Source: Epiperipatus broadwayi
Lineage: Eukaryota > Animalia > Onychophora
NCBI GenBank assembly: GCA_028023455.1
Contig: JAQFVV010000008.1
Location: 7,998,001 to 8,062,000 of the forward strand
DNA: 64,000 bases
Reading direction: 5' to 3'
The notes under the pieces were generated by a model, which was given only the letters and a program-made list of their open reading frames with translations, made no database searches and had not been told where the DNA came from. Each line of letters starts with the position of its first letter. The stretch's first letter is position 1. Below are positions 13,484-27,500 of this stretch, in pieces. A program made the translations under genes and the position numbers.

Positions 13484-14368
13484 ATGGATGGCAAACGCGT
13501 AACTTTTTTGCAGTTGCCGACAACAGAAGCGGAGTGCGTGTCATATTTGCAACATCACAATATAATAGCACAGTTGAAGCGATGCGAATGTGGACAGCAA
13601 TGTATTTATACAACTATAAACAAATTTTTCAGTTCCGCTGTAAATCCGTCTCCTGCCATTGAAGGTATTCGGTTCGCAATAATAGTTGGTTTGAAGGCAG
13701 CAGAATAACATTGTTGACAGCCCTGCGTATAATTTATTTCTGGAGCCGAGAGCATATGACAGTGACAGATATAAGTTCAGAACTGGGTATTAGCCATAAA
13801 ACAGTAATAGAGTGGACCACTGGTCTCAGAGAATTGTCATTTTAATATATCTTCTAGACTATGTCGTCAAATCAGTGGTCCTGGTTCGATCATTGAGGTG
13901 GACAAAACTATATTTAGTCGAAGGAAAAACCACCAGGGTAGGATGCTTCCTCAACAGTGGGTGTTTGTTGACATATGTCGTGAAACCGCCGAATGTTTTG
14001 TCACTGCCATTTCGTCACGCTCTGCCACTACCCTTCTGGAGGCCCTAAAAGCAAATGTGAAGCCAGGATCGACCATCTTCTCCGACTGTTGGAAGGGTTA
14101 CAACAATGCACAGCTTGACGCAGCAGGTTTTCATCATATAACTGTGAACCACCGCTACCACTTTGTAGACCCAAAAACAGGCACTCACACACAAAACGTA
14201 GAACGACTTTGGGGCCTTCTAAAATCTCGAAACCGCAAGGAGCGTGGAACTAGACGGAAATTACTGGACAACTACTTGTCAGAAATTCTGTGGCGGCGTA
14301 TGAATAAAGACAAAGATATATTCTTCTCTATCCTTTCTGAAATGGCTATACCCACAAGAGCGGATTGA
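13484..14368 (+). pseudogene. Merlin transposase (Zn-ribbon, HTH and DDE_Tnp_IS1595), disrupted
   Basis: MDGKR...RCECG, FRCK...SVRNNSWFEGS...ELGISHKTVIEW, IIEVDKTIFSRRKNHQGR...QWVF...IFSDCWKGY...HITVNH...FVDPKTGTHTQNVERLW...YLSEILWRR. About two frameshifts and several in-frame stops. Confidence 0.92.
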
Positions 14369-14873
14369 AGGTGGAGTGAAGAACAATGGGTTTTGTTTTT
14401 TTGTCAAATACCACTAATTTGGATTGCATGTTTGTTTCTGCTGTCCAAAAAAAAAAAAAACGCATTTAATCAGTTAACGTATTTTTTTTTCTTTTTGATT
14501 ATTGTTTGTTTTTGTTGAGAAAAAATGTTTCAATTTGATAAAAAGTAATAAATAAAAAGCACAAGTAAAATAAAATAAAAAACTTTTATTGCTTTGAAAA
14601 GTACGCAGTTGTTTTGTTTTTTTTTTGTTTTGTTTTGTTATGTTATGTATAAAGCAAGAATTAAGTTGAAAAAAATGGTTAAAAGTTGTGTGTCATATTT
14701 AAAATGTATTGTTTTAGAAAGACATCGCAAAATAGACAGCAAAAATCAATAAATCAATCCCCTCCCCCAAAAAAAGTTTAAATTTATGTTTTAAAAATAA
14801 AAATTTATTTCAATCAATCAATTAATATAACGATTTTGATATCTTTTATTTTAGCATTGCAAACAACAAAACA

Positions 14874-14967
14874 CTAACCCTAACCCTAAAACTAACCCTA
14901 AACTAACCCTAAACTAACCTTAAAACTAACCCTAAAACTAACCCTAACTAACCCTTAACATAACCCT
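14874..14967 (+). repeat. Telomere-like (CCCTAA-variant) tandem array inside Merlin
   Basis: ctaaccctaaccctaaaactaaccctaaaactaaccctaaactaacc..., unit about 6-11 bp. Confidence 0.9.
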
Positions 14968-15220
14968 ACACAATTGTTTTGTTATGTAGAAAGCAATAAT
15001 TAAACGAAAGACATCGATTATAAAATACATCGCTAAATACACATCGCAAAGTAGCAGCTTTGTCAAAAAACAGCGATAATTAAGGGAAAGACATCGCTAA
15101 ATAGACATCGCAAAAAAAAGTTCTAGCAATCAATCAATTAATAACTAAAAAAGAGGAATGATGATAATTTGTCCAAAAACAGCGATTTAAAAATTAAAAA
15201 AAAGGTTGTCGTTTAACAAT

Positions 15221-15737
15221 AATTAAGCGAAAGACATCGCTAAATAGACATCGCAGAGTAGCAGTTTTGTCAAAAAACAGCGATTTAAAAATAAAAAAAG
15301 CTTGTCATTTACTAAATCCAAAATTAAAATTAAATAACTTTTTAAATAAAAAAAAGTTATATAAATTAAAGTTAAACAACATAAAGTTAAACAACTTTTA
15401 AATAAATAACCAAAAAAAAAAAACAGTGATTCAATTTAAAAATAACGCGGCCCCGAACAATGTCGTTTACCAATAATTAAGCGAAAGACATCACTAAATA
15501 GACATAGCAGAGTAGCAGCTTTGTCAAAAAACAGCGATTTAAAAATAAAAAAAAGCTTGTCGTTTACTAAATCCAAAATTTAAATTAAACAACTTTTTAA
15601 ATAAAAAAAAGTTATATAAATTAAAGTTAAACAACATAAAATTAAATAACTTTTTAAATAAAAAGTTATAGCAATCAATAAATTAATAACAAAAAAAAAA
15701 AAAACAGCGATTCGATTTAAAAATAACGCGGCCCTGA
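15221..15737 (+). repeat. ~254-bp tandem repeat (two copies) in the Merlin 3' subterminal region
   Basis: aattaagcgaaagacatc starts at 15221 and 15475. Partial units (gacatcgc..aaatagacatcgca) also occur from about 14720 to 15110. Confidence 0.88.
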
Positions 15738-16045
15738 ACATTATATTGTATTGCTTTTGACTGCCAACAACGACATCAAGTGGCCAAGCCCGAATACGTT
15801 ATAATTACCATAGGTTTTTTAAAAAAATAATATAAAATTGTGTATTTGATATGTTTTTTGTATATATATGTATTTTATATATATAGGTTATATATGTGTG
15901 TGTGGATACATATATATATGGATTAAATATGTATAAGTGTATATATATATGTAAGTTTTTTTAGGATATGTATGTATATATTTTTGATATACATATTTTT
16001 ATATGTATATGAAGTAATGGTTATACGTTTATATCATTCAATATT

Positions 16046-16090
16046 GTAGCTCTGATGAAGACTGCAGGAGAGTCAAAACTGACAGGAAAA
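16046..16090 (+). ncRNA. Degenerate minimal hammerhead ribozyme (solitary)
   Basis: gct CTGATGA a GACT gcaggag AGTC aAAA CTGAC AGG. The core and 4-bp stem II are intact. GAAA reads AAAA (consistent with CG>CA decay) and the cleavage triplet appears mutated. Confidence 0.6.
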
Positions 16091-16149
16091 TAAAGAAATC
16101 ATTAAAAAAAAATTTGCATTAAAGTGCATATGAATGGAGTTATTGTAAG

Positions 16150-16610
16150 CAATATACATGAATATTTCCATAAAGTAATTTGTATCAATGTTTGTATAGC
16201 AGAAACCTGTTAATTAAATTATAGTAATTTGCTATACATATACTGAGCAAATGATGAAGACATGTATGAAGCTGTGATCTGGGCCAACTGATGAGTACTG
16301 GTTCAACATGAAATGTGCATCTTCATTTATCTTTTTCACGTGTCTTTAATATATGTTTCAGTAATGTGCAATAGAATAGAAGTTTAAAATATATATTATA
16401 TGAAATTAAGCTTAAGTATCTTTAAAAATAAAAATTAATGTGTATATGAAGTTAATTTGTAATGTGTGCTATATTGATTATTTGGAGAAGTATATTTCTA
16501 ATGTATCTTCTATCCGATGGTTGGTTAAAAAAAAAAACTTACAAATGTTATATAACTCATTGGAAGTTTCAGTTACTTTCTATTCAAATTACATATAATC
16601 TGAGTTATTT
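16150..16610 (+). mobile_element. R2 HHR repeat family copy (HHR 16284-16325)
   Basis: ccaa CTGATGA gtactg gtt caacat GAAA tgtgca tc. Flanks are the reverse complement of 11233-11730. Confidence 0.75.
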
Positions 16611-16755
16611 ATTATTTATAGATCTTACATTCAGTATTTAAATGCCTAAAGCTACATATTCAGCATTTAAGTGCCTAAGGCTATATCCGTCTTCTCACCA
16701 GTCTCTAGAACTTACAGCAGATATATGAATGTTAATTATGATTACAGTTGAAATA

Positions 16756-17676
16756 CACCTGGGTCTTGTTTTATGCGGATTATTTTAATGCGATTTTGAA
16801 GTTATGCGATTCATGTTTCTTTTTAATATCTTTCATATTTCACTATATTTATTAGATATTATCTAGAAATTTAAATTATTAATAACTTATTTTCACTTGA
16901 AATACTTTTTTTTTTCAAAAATATAACTTTATATTAGCAGAACGTGAATATGGCCTGAAGCTGTATTTAGAATTTTAGCTTCTATGTAAATAACCTATTT
17001 ATACTAATGAGTAAATGATAATAATAGATTTATACTTACATATAAAAATATCGCAATAAATATTCAAAAAAATTAAACTTTTAAAACGTATATTTTGTTA
17101 TATAACAGAAATAAATAATCTTTCTAATGATAATATATAATCTTTGCTTTGATTTCGATCTCATTTTTTTAATATAGAAACAGAAAACCATTAACACAGC
17201 ATAAGACTGAAAGTGGTGCTAGTTGTACATCACATCACGAATAAAAATAACATGGCTAACAGGTTTCTCAGCGCATAATTGCTGAGAGATTCTTGACTTC
17301 ATTTAAGTAGTAGTTACAATACATCAAATCACATCGAATCTGATTTCTTTCCACTTTACAAACGAACGCTAGCGGTAGAGATTAAAATATGTATAAAAAA
17401 TGTAAAATTAAATGCTGTAGTAATAAAAAAAAGTAAAAAAAGTTTGTCTTGTATTAATTTTTTTCAAATATTTGTTATTAGTCATACTTTACTTGCTTAT
17501 TTTTTTAATACGAATTTTAAAGTAATTTTTCTTTGTTACTTTGCTTTTATGCGAATTCTGAAAATTACAGACCCTATACCCCATTTTTCAAGATAAGTTA
17601 AGTCTATTTTTGTGGGATTTTTTTTAATGCGGGTTTTCTGTGGAACCTATCTATCGCATAAAACAAGACCCAGGTG
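16756..17676. mobile_element. Tigger/pogo-type MITE (921 bp)
   Basis: Perfect 22-bp TIR CACCTGGGTCTTGTTTTATGCG, TA on both sides (16754-16755, 17677-17678), no ORF. Confidence 0.9.
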
Positions 17677-17899
17677 TATATAAAATTATAAAATTTAATA
17701 CCTATTCAAAGGAAAGACAAAAGATATTAAACTAGTTTTTCTTAGAGATAATTTTTATCAATTCTATACTTTTGTGTTAAAATGTAAGCAATAAAATGAA
17801 GGAAACCTTTAAAATATTATAATGATATTCATGATTTTACTAACAAGGAGTAGACTCTGAGAATATAATAATTTATTCGTAATGTTACTAAAAACTGGC

Positions 17900-20300
17900 T
17901 GAGAAAAAACAAACACTATCCCACATGTTTAATTGTACTCCAAATATCTTGGAAAATATCAGTCTACAATTCATGTAGTTGAATGTACCACAAACATGAT
18001 TAAAATTTCATCAAAAGAATGAACCATCAAATTGGAGATTCATATAATCTTCTATTTTATTAATGTCAATGAGCATGGAATATTCAGGATTGCATGGTGA
18101 ATTTTAGAATCTAAAGAGACATAGTAGCAATGAAAGTTATCAATTTAATAGTGGTAGAAGATAATAACTGTAAAATATTCTTGTACTTGGTCAAAAATTT
18201 AAATTTGAAGAGTTTAACCAAAAATCTGCACTGATAACGGCAAGTAAGTGTGACCATATAGATTCTGAAGCTAATGTAGATTTAAAAACTTAATAACAGT
18301 AAAAAGGCAACAATCTGCTAATAAAGAAACTGTTATTACAGTTCCAAGTCTCACTTCTATATAATAACCTAGATAAAAAACAGTTATCTTTATTTAACTT
18401 AGTTGTAGTAATTACTTCTCTGTGAATGAAATACTTATTAAAATAAGCAGCACATTGGACTCCGTACTATAATTCAACATCTTAAACTATCATTCTACTC
18501 ATAAAATGACCAAGGTATTTAAACTGATTTTCATTCTAAAACTGACAATAAACACTCCAAACTAAAAGTTGCTTGACAATTTTTTTGACTATCACTGAAC
18601 ATCAATAACTAGATCAAAATCTTTAAATATTGTATTCCAAGCATTAAATATATTTTATAAATTGTCTTTTAAACTAACAAAAATAGCACAATCATCAACA
18701 TACTGCAAATCCAGAATCTAAGAAAATAAAATTCTTGTTTTTGCTTTTAATCAATTCAAATTAAAAATTCCACCATCAAACCTGTATCACATCTTAATCC
18801 CTGTTTCATTAACCCATCTATGAACAATTCCAAAGACAAATGTCATAAAAAATTAAAAACAATGTTAAGCAAGTCAAGTATACATCCTTGTTTTAACAAC
18901 TGTTTCCATTTCTCTCATTTTATCATGTAGAAACTGTTTAATACAAATAAAAATTTTGATGGAGAAGCTATATATAAATCAATCTTTTGTTCCTAACACT
19001 ATTCTTAGTATTTGTCTGGCAACAAAAACCAAGCATATATATATATAGTGCCTCTTGATTCTCTAAACCCTTAAGAGTCTCTAGTAACCATTCATCTATG
19101 ACTGGAAGTAAGCTATTAACAGATCCTTTAAAGTATTTTTGCTGGAGTGGATAATAATAATTCCCATTATTTTTGAAAATTGAAACAATACAAGCACCTT
19201 TAAGATCAGGTGGTACAATGTCACGAAGACAGATTCCTACAAAAATTCCAATATTTTTTAAGCTAATATCACCACATTTTAAAATTTCTCCAGGTATTTC
19301 ATAATGGCTTGCAGCCTTTCCACTTGCTCAAAATATAATTGCCACCTTATAAATAAATGCCAATGCTGGATTTAATAGGATTATGATATCGTTTCTCAGA
19401 TTCACATTAGTTTCAGTACATCAAAAAAAGATCTAGCATGATCACAATGAAAAAAAATGTCTATCTTCTTTGCAATTCTAATCCATTAATTATTTTTAAA
19501 CCTTCTTGAGATTTCTTTTTTTCAAATCTCTATATTTATTATGAAAGTCTACATTTAATTCATTATTCTGCCAAGCAGAAATATATTTTCTTTTAATCAA
19601 ATTACTAATAATAAAATTATTGTCAGAAAACCAGTCATAATTTTTCTTTTTCATGAACCCAAAAATAGATTTACTTGTATCTATAACATACTCAAAGAAT
19701 TTTATGCTTCAGTAATATAATAATACTGGAGATTCAAATTACCAATTTTAGTGTTCAATAGCTGCTGAAATTTTAATATATAAAATAGATACTTCTAAAG
19801 AATGAATATCAGTTTATAAATATGATTAAAATAAGATTTACTTGGAAAGTGCTAATCTATGATCCCTCTAACAATCTGTGTTTGTAAATGCTCATGTATA
19901 ACTTCTATTATGACTTCCAATGATAATGTAATCCATTAAATGCCATGATTTTAACCATGGATGCATCTAAGTTCCTTTATAGAAGTTTTTCTGCTACACA
20001 AAGTGTTTGTGATAGTCAATCCATGTATTATGCAAAAATTCAATATCAACAGGTATATTAATTTCCAAAAAAAAAGATCTTTTAATGCTATTGCTATAAT
20101 AACACTAACCAGAAAAAAATAAAAGTAAACTTTCTCTAAAGCTTAAGGCACAAATAAAATGAGCACTAGTATTGAGTATGCTTTTTCTCTTTCACTAATT
20201 GACCTGCCTTTCAAAAAAAAAACTTGCATCCATCCATCTATTCTATTAAACCTCATTCTTCTAGAAGATGAGTTTCACTATAGAGCAGCTGTATCAATCT
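17900..20300 (-). mobile_element. RTE-clade LINE remnant
   Basis: Minus-strand fragments VFVARQILR, VKQGCIL, (YR)FDGGIFNLN.LKAKTRI and LDLQYVDDCA (18686-18714). Heavily decayed; ends are approximate. Confidence 0.8.
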
Positions 20301-21149
20301 GAAGTCTTAACAGCTCCTCACCCACCAATACAATACAGTCCTCTATTCTGATCTTGAAGAATTTGTATCAAGTAAAGTTCACACATTCTATTCCTATATT
20401 TAGAGAAAAAATTAGAATTATAATACTTATCTTTAGTACTATTACTGCCTCTTGCTTTACCACTACTATTATTATTATTTCTATCACTGTAATAAGTAAT
20501 CCACTATACACAACAACTTAATCAATTTTAAAGATAAACTAGGAAATCATTGCTTGTCAAAGTAGTGCTATTTCCCTCTGGTAAGTCATATTATAATGGC
20601 ATTTTCCTTTTGGTCAGAACATCTACATTCATTTTATCAATGCAAGTCAGATTAGAAGTTTATCTTTTCTACCATTATGAAGGGCTTTGTGTAATGATAA
20701 TTACATCTGCCTAATATATTTATAATTTGAGATTCAAATACAGTATATATAAAACTATAAATTTTTCAAACAGCTGAGACATTTGAAAGTTATCCAGAAA
20801 TATTGTTGGTAAGCATTAAATATAAAAGGATAAAAATATAAAATATTTACTATTAAATAATGATAATAATTTATATCAGCAATTCAATATTTTGTCAGTT
20901 ATTTATCAAGCCAAACACCATAGTTCTATTCAATTAACCAGAGACCATTTTTTGTTCCTCACTTAGAAATTAATACAGAAGCTTTTAACTTTTAAGTCAG
21001 TTATCTTCACCAATGAGCAGTACAAAACATATTTTAATAAAATAAATTAATCAAGTAATTGCTCTCTATGCCGCTAATGCTAGAAATATTTCATATGAAG
21101 TCTTTGCTTTTGAGCTACCTGCTAGAATTTATTTTATTAAGTCACAAAG

Positions 21150-22260
21150 TTTTTGTAATGATTGTTAAATCCAATCTGAACAAAATTTTTACAATCCATA
21201 CAAAACTTCCAAAATAAATTTATATATATATACATTATATTAGCAAATAACTATGGAATACTATACATAAATTCTCGCTGTGGTAGTCACCATATTCCTT
21301 TACGAGCCTTTCTTTCCATTACTATGATCATCAATCAGTCAGAACTATTTACGTCTTTCAGCAATCATCTTATTCATTCTCTTATCACTGTTCTTATCCT
21401 TCACAGACCCAACATATCCTTCAGTTTCTTTAATTTGCCTTCTTTATAATTTCCTGAATAATTTTTTTCCAATTGTATTTGATAACACTCTTACATTTCA
21501 AATTTTAGCTTTACAACTTCTCTAAATCCACAATTCAAAAATGTCCATTTTTTTATATCCTTTTTTTCTAATCATCTAAATCTCCATTATATCTAAAGCC
21601 ACAATCCAAATAATACATTTAACAAATCTTTTTTTTAATCATAACTTCAAAGGGTTATGTAATAACTCCCTGCCTTTATTAAACATTTGATTAATCATTA
21701 TTATTATCACTCTAATGTCTTTACACACCATTATACCATAGAAAATTTCCTAAATATTTAAAAATTCTAGAATTCCCTGCTTTTAATTTTTTATAATTTC
21801 TATCTATAATCAAATTTAGATTTTTATGTTTTCAATGCAATCTTTTAATAAACTTCATCAGTCATAGCTATCATATTATCAGCTCATCCTCAATAGCAAT
21901 AAATTTTAATAATCATCACCTTTTTCAACCTATACTTTTTTTATAAATAATACACTTTAACAAAAACTTTTTCCAAATCTTTGATAGAAATATTGATTTC
22001 TCTTCTTTCAAAATATTTCTCAATAATAATCATCATTCCTATTGTATTTCTTTCTCCTTTAAATATGACTATTTAATACTCTCAATAAAGATTCAATAAC
22101 ATTAAAATTTTTAATTTACTGTTCCATTCTTTCTTTGGAATATTTTTGGGAACAATATGTAACTGAACATATTTATAGATGATTTTTTAGAGAACAATGT
22201 GGCACAACACTTTTCAACATTAGTTTTCTATATAATTTCTTAAACACCAATCTTGAAATC
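21150..22260 (-). mobile_element. Highly decayed LINE remnant (RTE-like)
   Basis: T-rich antisense stretch with residual RT and C-terminal-like fragments. Boundaries are approximate. Confidence 0.45.
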
Positions 22261-22269
22261 TTTGGATAC

Positions 22270-22990
22270 TATCAGATTGTAAAATTTTATAACTGTCAAA
22301 ATTGCTAAGTTTTAAACAATTTAATATTATCTGCAAAACAAAAAATATTAGTATTAACCCCACACTGTTTTATATCTAAGCAATACACTGATAAAAGTAA
22401 TGGTCCAAGTATACTATCCTGAGATAGTCCAGCAGCATTGAAGTATGTATACAACCTTGTAAACCTATGACACAAAATTATGCCTATTTCAGATAAAAGA
22501 TGCAAACCACTGTAAAAGATGACAAGTAAAATCAATAATATGTAATTCAGAAATCAACCTGGAGTGATCTGCCCTATCAAAGGCTTTGTTTAGATCAAAA
22601 TAAGCAGCATCTAGTGGTGGCTTATTGGCAACCACATTTGCAATAGCATCCTGAATATGTTTCAAATTGGTCCCAGCAGATCTAGTGGGTATGAAACCAT
22701 GTTGTGTTTTAGGTAAAGATCCAGATACTTTATTATCTTAGGTCTACAATTATCAATATCATTTGATTTGGATGTTGATATTGCTATATAACTTTTACAG
22801 CATTCCATGAATTAGTAAAATACCCTGCTGCAAAGAGAGATTAAAGGTGTAGCAAAATACCGGAGCAACAATTCAGCACAACCCCAAACATTTTTGAGTT
22901 GTTTTATTATCAACAAAATGACAATCAGTAATTATCATGTCAGAACCCATCAAATTGATACTTTTACAAGCAGCAATCATGCAAGATATG
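22270..22990 (-). mobile_element. CR1/L2/Jockey-group LINE RT remnant
   Basis: KQHGFIPTRS, GLSQDSILGPLLLSVY and FCFADNIKLF correspond to RT motifs QHGF, GVPQGSILGPLLF and FADD. Confidence 0.85.
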
Positions 22991-25900
22991 GAAAGCACAT
23001 TTTTAATGGTGTATAATAAAAAAATAATTAATAAAATCATCAGCTATCAGATTCCTATTATCAAATGATATTTTATTTTTAATACCAAAAAATTCTAATA
23101 AATGACAAAAACATATTAGAATTTTATCTTATGTTATTCTCTAGTTATTCAATATCTTTTGAAATAAATTTTTCCTATGATTTTAAATAATCTTCTAACA
23201 TTCATAAAGTTATTATGATAAATTATTGATCTAATTGCTTAAACAACTTACGATGCATAACTTTTCTTTTACGAATACAAATCAATTTTTTTAGAAAACT
23301 AAGATTTTTTAGATGATGGTGATGATGATAATAATAGACCATTTTAAAAAATATATTGACATTTTTTTAAAAATTCATTCAAATAGGAATATTTATGATT
23401 TAAATTTAAAAAAAAATTCAAGACATTACATAAAAATAAAGTAAACCATTTTTAAAAGAGACCTTAATTAAATTTTGGGAAGAGCATATAAAATCTGTTA
23501 TTTTCCAAATATGAGTTCATCAATCCAGTTATTACTGTATATCCAAAATTATTAGAATGTTAAAATATTGTTAGAATAGAGATACTTGTAATTGAATAAA
23601 TAAAAAGAATTTGATGGAGATAAAAAAAATTGAACTCATATTACCTCCCCATTATTTAAAGCTACATAATATTTAACATTAATCCAAAAATAACCGACAA
23701 AAATAAAATGTGCATGTTTATTCTTGAATTTATAGTTATGTGTAGTAAATAAAATCAAGCAATAATATATACCATTGAAAATGATTTACTTAATAAAAAA
23801 AAATATAAAATTATTCAATAACAAAAAAATTGTAATAAGAAATAAAATATATGCTGATACGAAAATCCAAAATAAATGAAATTCCAAAAATAAAAGCAAA
23901 CACAATGAGCCAGTAATGTATAACATACACATTACAAAATGCAAATAAGGCAAAATGTATATTTCTTAAAATGTAGTCAGTGTTAAGTTTCAAGTTTCAT
24001 TATTATCGCACAACACTGCAGCATGATGCTATAACATTAAATATCATGAGAATAGTCTACCATGTTTATTTTCTAAGCTGAAATAGCTTCACCATTTGCA
24101 TAAAGCCAGTAAAAGTTCTTTTCACTTGTGTTATTTGTATTAAACTGTTGAACAACAAATTTTATTGCCAAGTCATATATAATAGAGAATATTATGACTG
24201 ATGCAATTCTGCTATGTATGAGAAAGAAAATCTCTAAAAAATAATTTCTACGAAAAAGATGTCACTAATCTTATGCATCAGGATTAGTAATTGATTTCAC
24301 TTATCTTTTGCTTTGTTTTATTTAATACACACTTTGTAGTTGCTTTTATTTGACAAACTTTCTGTCATGAATGGTTTATTTTTGGAATTCCATTTATTAT
24401 TGATTATCATTTCTAAATATAATCTTGATTTTATTTAATATATATTTGTTGTCATAAATTCAAGAATAAATGCATACATTTTATTCATTATAAATTAAGT
24501 TATTTTTTGGTTCATTGTTAAGTACAATGTCATTCTATTTAGTGAATAGACCGCGCACTATATTATCATTTAAAAACTTAAGACATTATAGGAAACTGTA
24601 AGCTGAGATGAATGAGTTATGTAGGGGGGGATAATAAAAATATATAAAAATTTAAGATTAGCGATAAATATAAAATCAAAGATTTATAAAGTACTGCAAT
24701 AGATGGCTGACAGGTTGGGTAAAAGTATTTTATTCCTGCATACATATAAGATATTGATAGTTAGTAATTATGGTGATGAAATAAATAAAAAAATACAAAT
24801 AAAATAAAAATATTTTTTTAGAATAAAATAATAGATAATTATATAATGATTGTAGAGAAATTAGAATGTTGCAGTTTAACAAAAAAGAAATAATAAAATT
24901 GTAGAATATTATAGAGTAAGGGTAACAAATGAAAGGGCTGAAAGAATGCTAAGTTTTTGTTAAAAAATGTTTAAAAAAATGATAAAAACACATGGATCAA
25001 AATTTAGCATGAGTAATATGACATTATCTTTTAACTGCATAATAAAAAATAAGCCATGAATAAAATGGGCAGTGATAAATTACAAGGAGATATTTTAAAA
25101 AGTCACTAAATAAGTATAGATGGATAGCTAAATGATTAAATTAATTAAGATCAAAGGTGAAAATTATTTCAAAAAAATTTAAACAGGCTGATTATGAAAA
25201 AAAATAAAAGATTAATTTTAAAAAAAGCCTTAAGTTAACAATAAGAAAATTGAATAAAATGGTTTTTAAAAAATTGAAAAATTATTATGGTATATAGGAA
25301 GTTTAACAATGAAATGAGATAAAGAACTGATAATAGCTAGACAAATTATAATTAAAAAGGCTATATAGAGAAAAACTGATAATAGTTAGACAAATTATGA
25401 GTAAAAGACTATGTAAAAAGAAATTTTAAAAAGCGATAGATTTAATATGTAGTTGAAGTAAACAATTTGAATTAGAAATACAACATTGCAGAAATGAAAT
25501 AATAATTGAAGAAAGAAAAACTGGGTTGCTAGTTAGATTTTATTCATATAGTTATAGATAAAATTTAGTAAAATATGGAAAATAATATTTGAATTATAAA
25601 AATGTTGGGAGAGGAATGAGATACTTATGCAATATCTGTATTATGATTCCCTTAAACAAAAAGTCTAAAACAGTAAATAAAATTTTATTCAATATTTGAG
25701 ATCAATTAGATTAATCTCATATGCTGCTATGATGTTTTTGAGTCTTAGAATATTTCTCAATAAATTAAGATACATTTATCTGAAAAGCAATTTGGATTTA
25801 GAAAAAGTAGAAGGAAAAAATACAACTGAAATAGTGGAAGTATTAAACTGTTTTTAAAATGTCCATTCTTAGCTATGTAGTATTATTTTCAATGTCTTAA

Positions 25901-26324
25901 TTATTTTTCTATCTTTGTACAAATTGCAATAATTCTTAAGGACTATAATATCAATATACTGTATTATTGTAACACACATGAAAAATTATTTATAATATAT
26001 CAAATTAAAATATAAAAAATATATTCACATACACACATACGTATATATTTATACTAATATATATCTCATATCTAAATCAATCATTAATTTTAATTATATA
26101 TATATATATTTAAATCCAATTAATTTAATTTCTTATATGATGCAATTTTATAATGCATATGCGAAATTCTTTATAATACATAACTTTTGATCATTTCATA
26201 AAATGTATTAATGATTAATACTAATTATTTAACTAGAGATTATCTCTAGCCTATATATAAACTTTAAATCTAAAATTAAAGATTAATATGTATGAATTTT
26301 TAAATTTATATAAATACATGGAAT

Positions 26325-26830
26325 AATTTCACTTCCATTCCACTATGCATTCTTGAAACAGATAAAATATGTGAAAAATATAAATGATCCCCTCAAAATG
26401 CATACTTAATGCTGAACCAACACTCACCAATTGGCCCAAGTTTGTTCAGTACTGATCATTATGAAATTATTAAACTTTGATTTACAAATATTAAAATGTT
26501 TGCACTTACAACTTTGACATCAATCACTTCAAATAAATATATTAATGATTAATATTAATCATCTACTAAATTAGAAATTATACTTAGCTTGATACAAACT
26601 TTAAATCTTAATTAAAGATTAATATATCTTTTAAGTATGTATAAACACATAAAATAACTCTATTTTCTTTTTTAAGATATACTTAAAATTTTCACTCCAC
26701 TACACATTCTAGAAATATTAGAATAAAACAATAACTAAAATACAATGATGCACATTGCACGCTGAGCTAGCACTTATCATTGACCCTTCATTTGTTCAAT
26801 ATAGAATACTAAGTATAAGTAATGGGATGG
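26325..26830 (-). mobile_element. R2 HHR repeat family, old tandem locus with two HHR remnants about 350 bp apart
   Basis: Minus strand ttggtga gtgttg gtt cagcat taag tatgca (about 26395-26430) and tgataa gtgcta gct cagcgt gcaa tgtgca tc (about 26745-26780). 26325-26620 aligns with 11450-11800. Confidence 0.6.
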
Positions 26831-27029
26831 AAGTTTTAGTTTATCTTAAATATATGTCTATATCTTTAAATATAAATGGTACTACTTACAAGTTAATACA
26901 GTTTTTCCTATTTAATACTACCTTCCCCCCACATCCAATCTATTTCATGTGTGATCTGTTTCTAAATCTCTTACAATCTCTTGGGATACAGCTTACAGTG
27001 TCATTTGTTCATTTATTATAATTCTCTTA

Positions 27030-27500
27030 GTAATATGTCCAGCTTCAACCGAGCATCTTAATTCCAACAAGGTTATAATACCTGTTTGTTCTCATGCACA
27101 AAGATTTGCTTTTAATATCTACTTATTAATCCCAATACACTTCTCTTCATACTTTGCTGTGGTTCAAACTCTCTGTATCGCTTCTTTATTATGTGTCAAA
27201 TCTCAGTCCCATAAATAAGTACTGGTTAACATAATTAACACAATCTTTAATAAGCACTGAGCTATGTTTACTTGTAAAAAAAATTCACTGAAATTTAATT
27301 TTATGATTACCTTCATCCATTGTATTTCCATCTATATTACTAACTTGACCGAGTTATTAAGATTGTTAACAACTTACAGGATATTATAATCTATTGTTTT
27401 TGTTTTTTTCTAAAAGCAAATGAAAATACTTAAACTGTTTTTGTTTTTTTTTTAATCTTTAGTCCTAATTTCTTGCTTTCATCTGATAGTTTTTGTAATA
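27030..27500 (-). mobile_element. RTE LINE 3' remnant
   Basis: Minus strand PVLIYGTEI (RTE PVL.YG.ETW motif) plus adjacent decayed sequence. Confidence 0.6.

Larger units (their letters stand above)
13026..15809 (+). mobile_element. Merlin (IS1595/ISXO2-like) DNA transposon
   Basis: TIRs of about 41 bp (GGTAMTTATAACGTAWTCGGGCTTGGCCACTTGATGTCRTT), 8-bp TSD ATAGGTTT at 13018-13025 and 15810-15817, internal transposase and subterminal tandem repeats. Confidence 0.95.
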
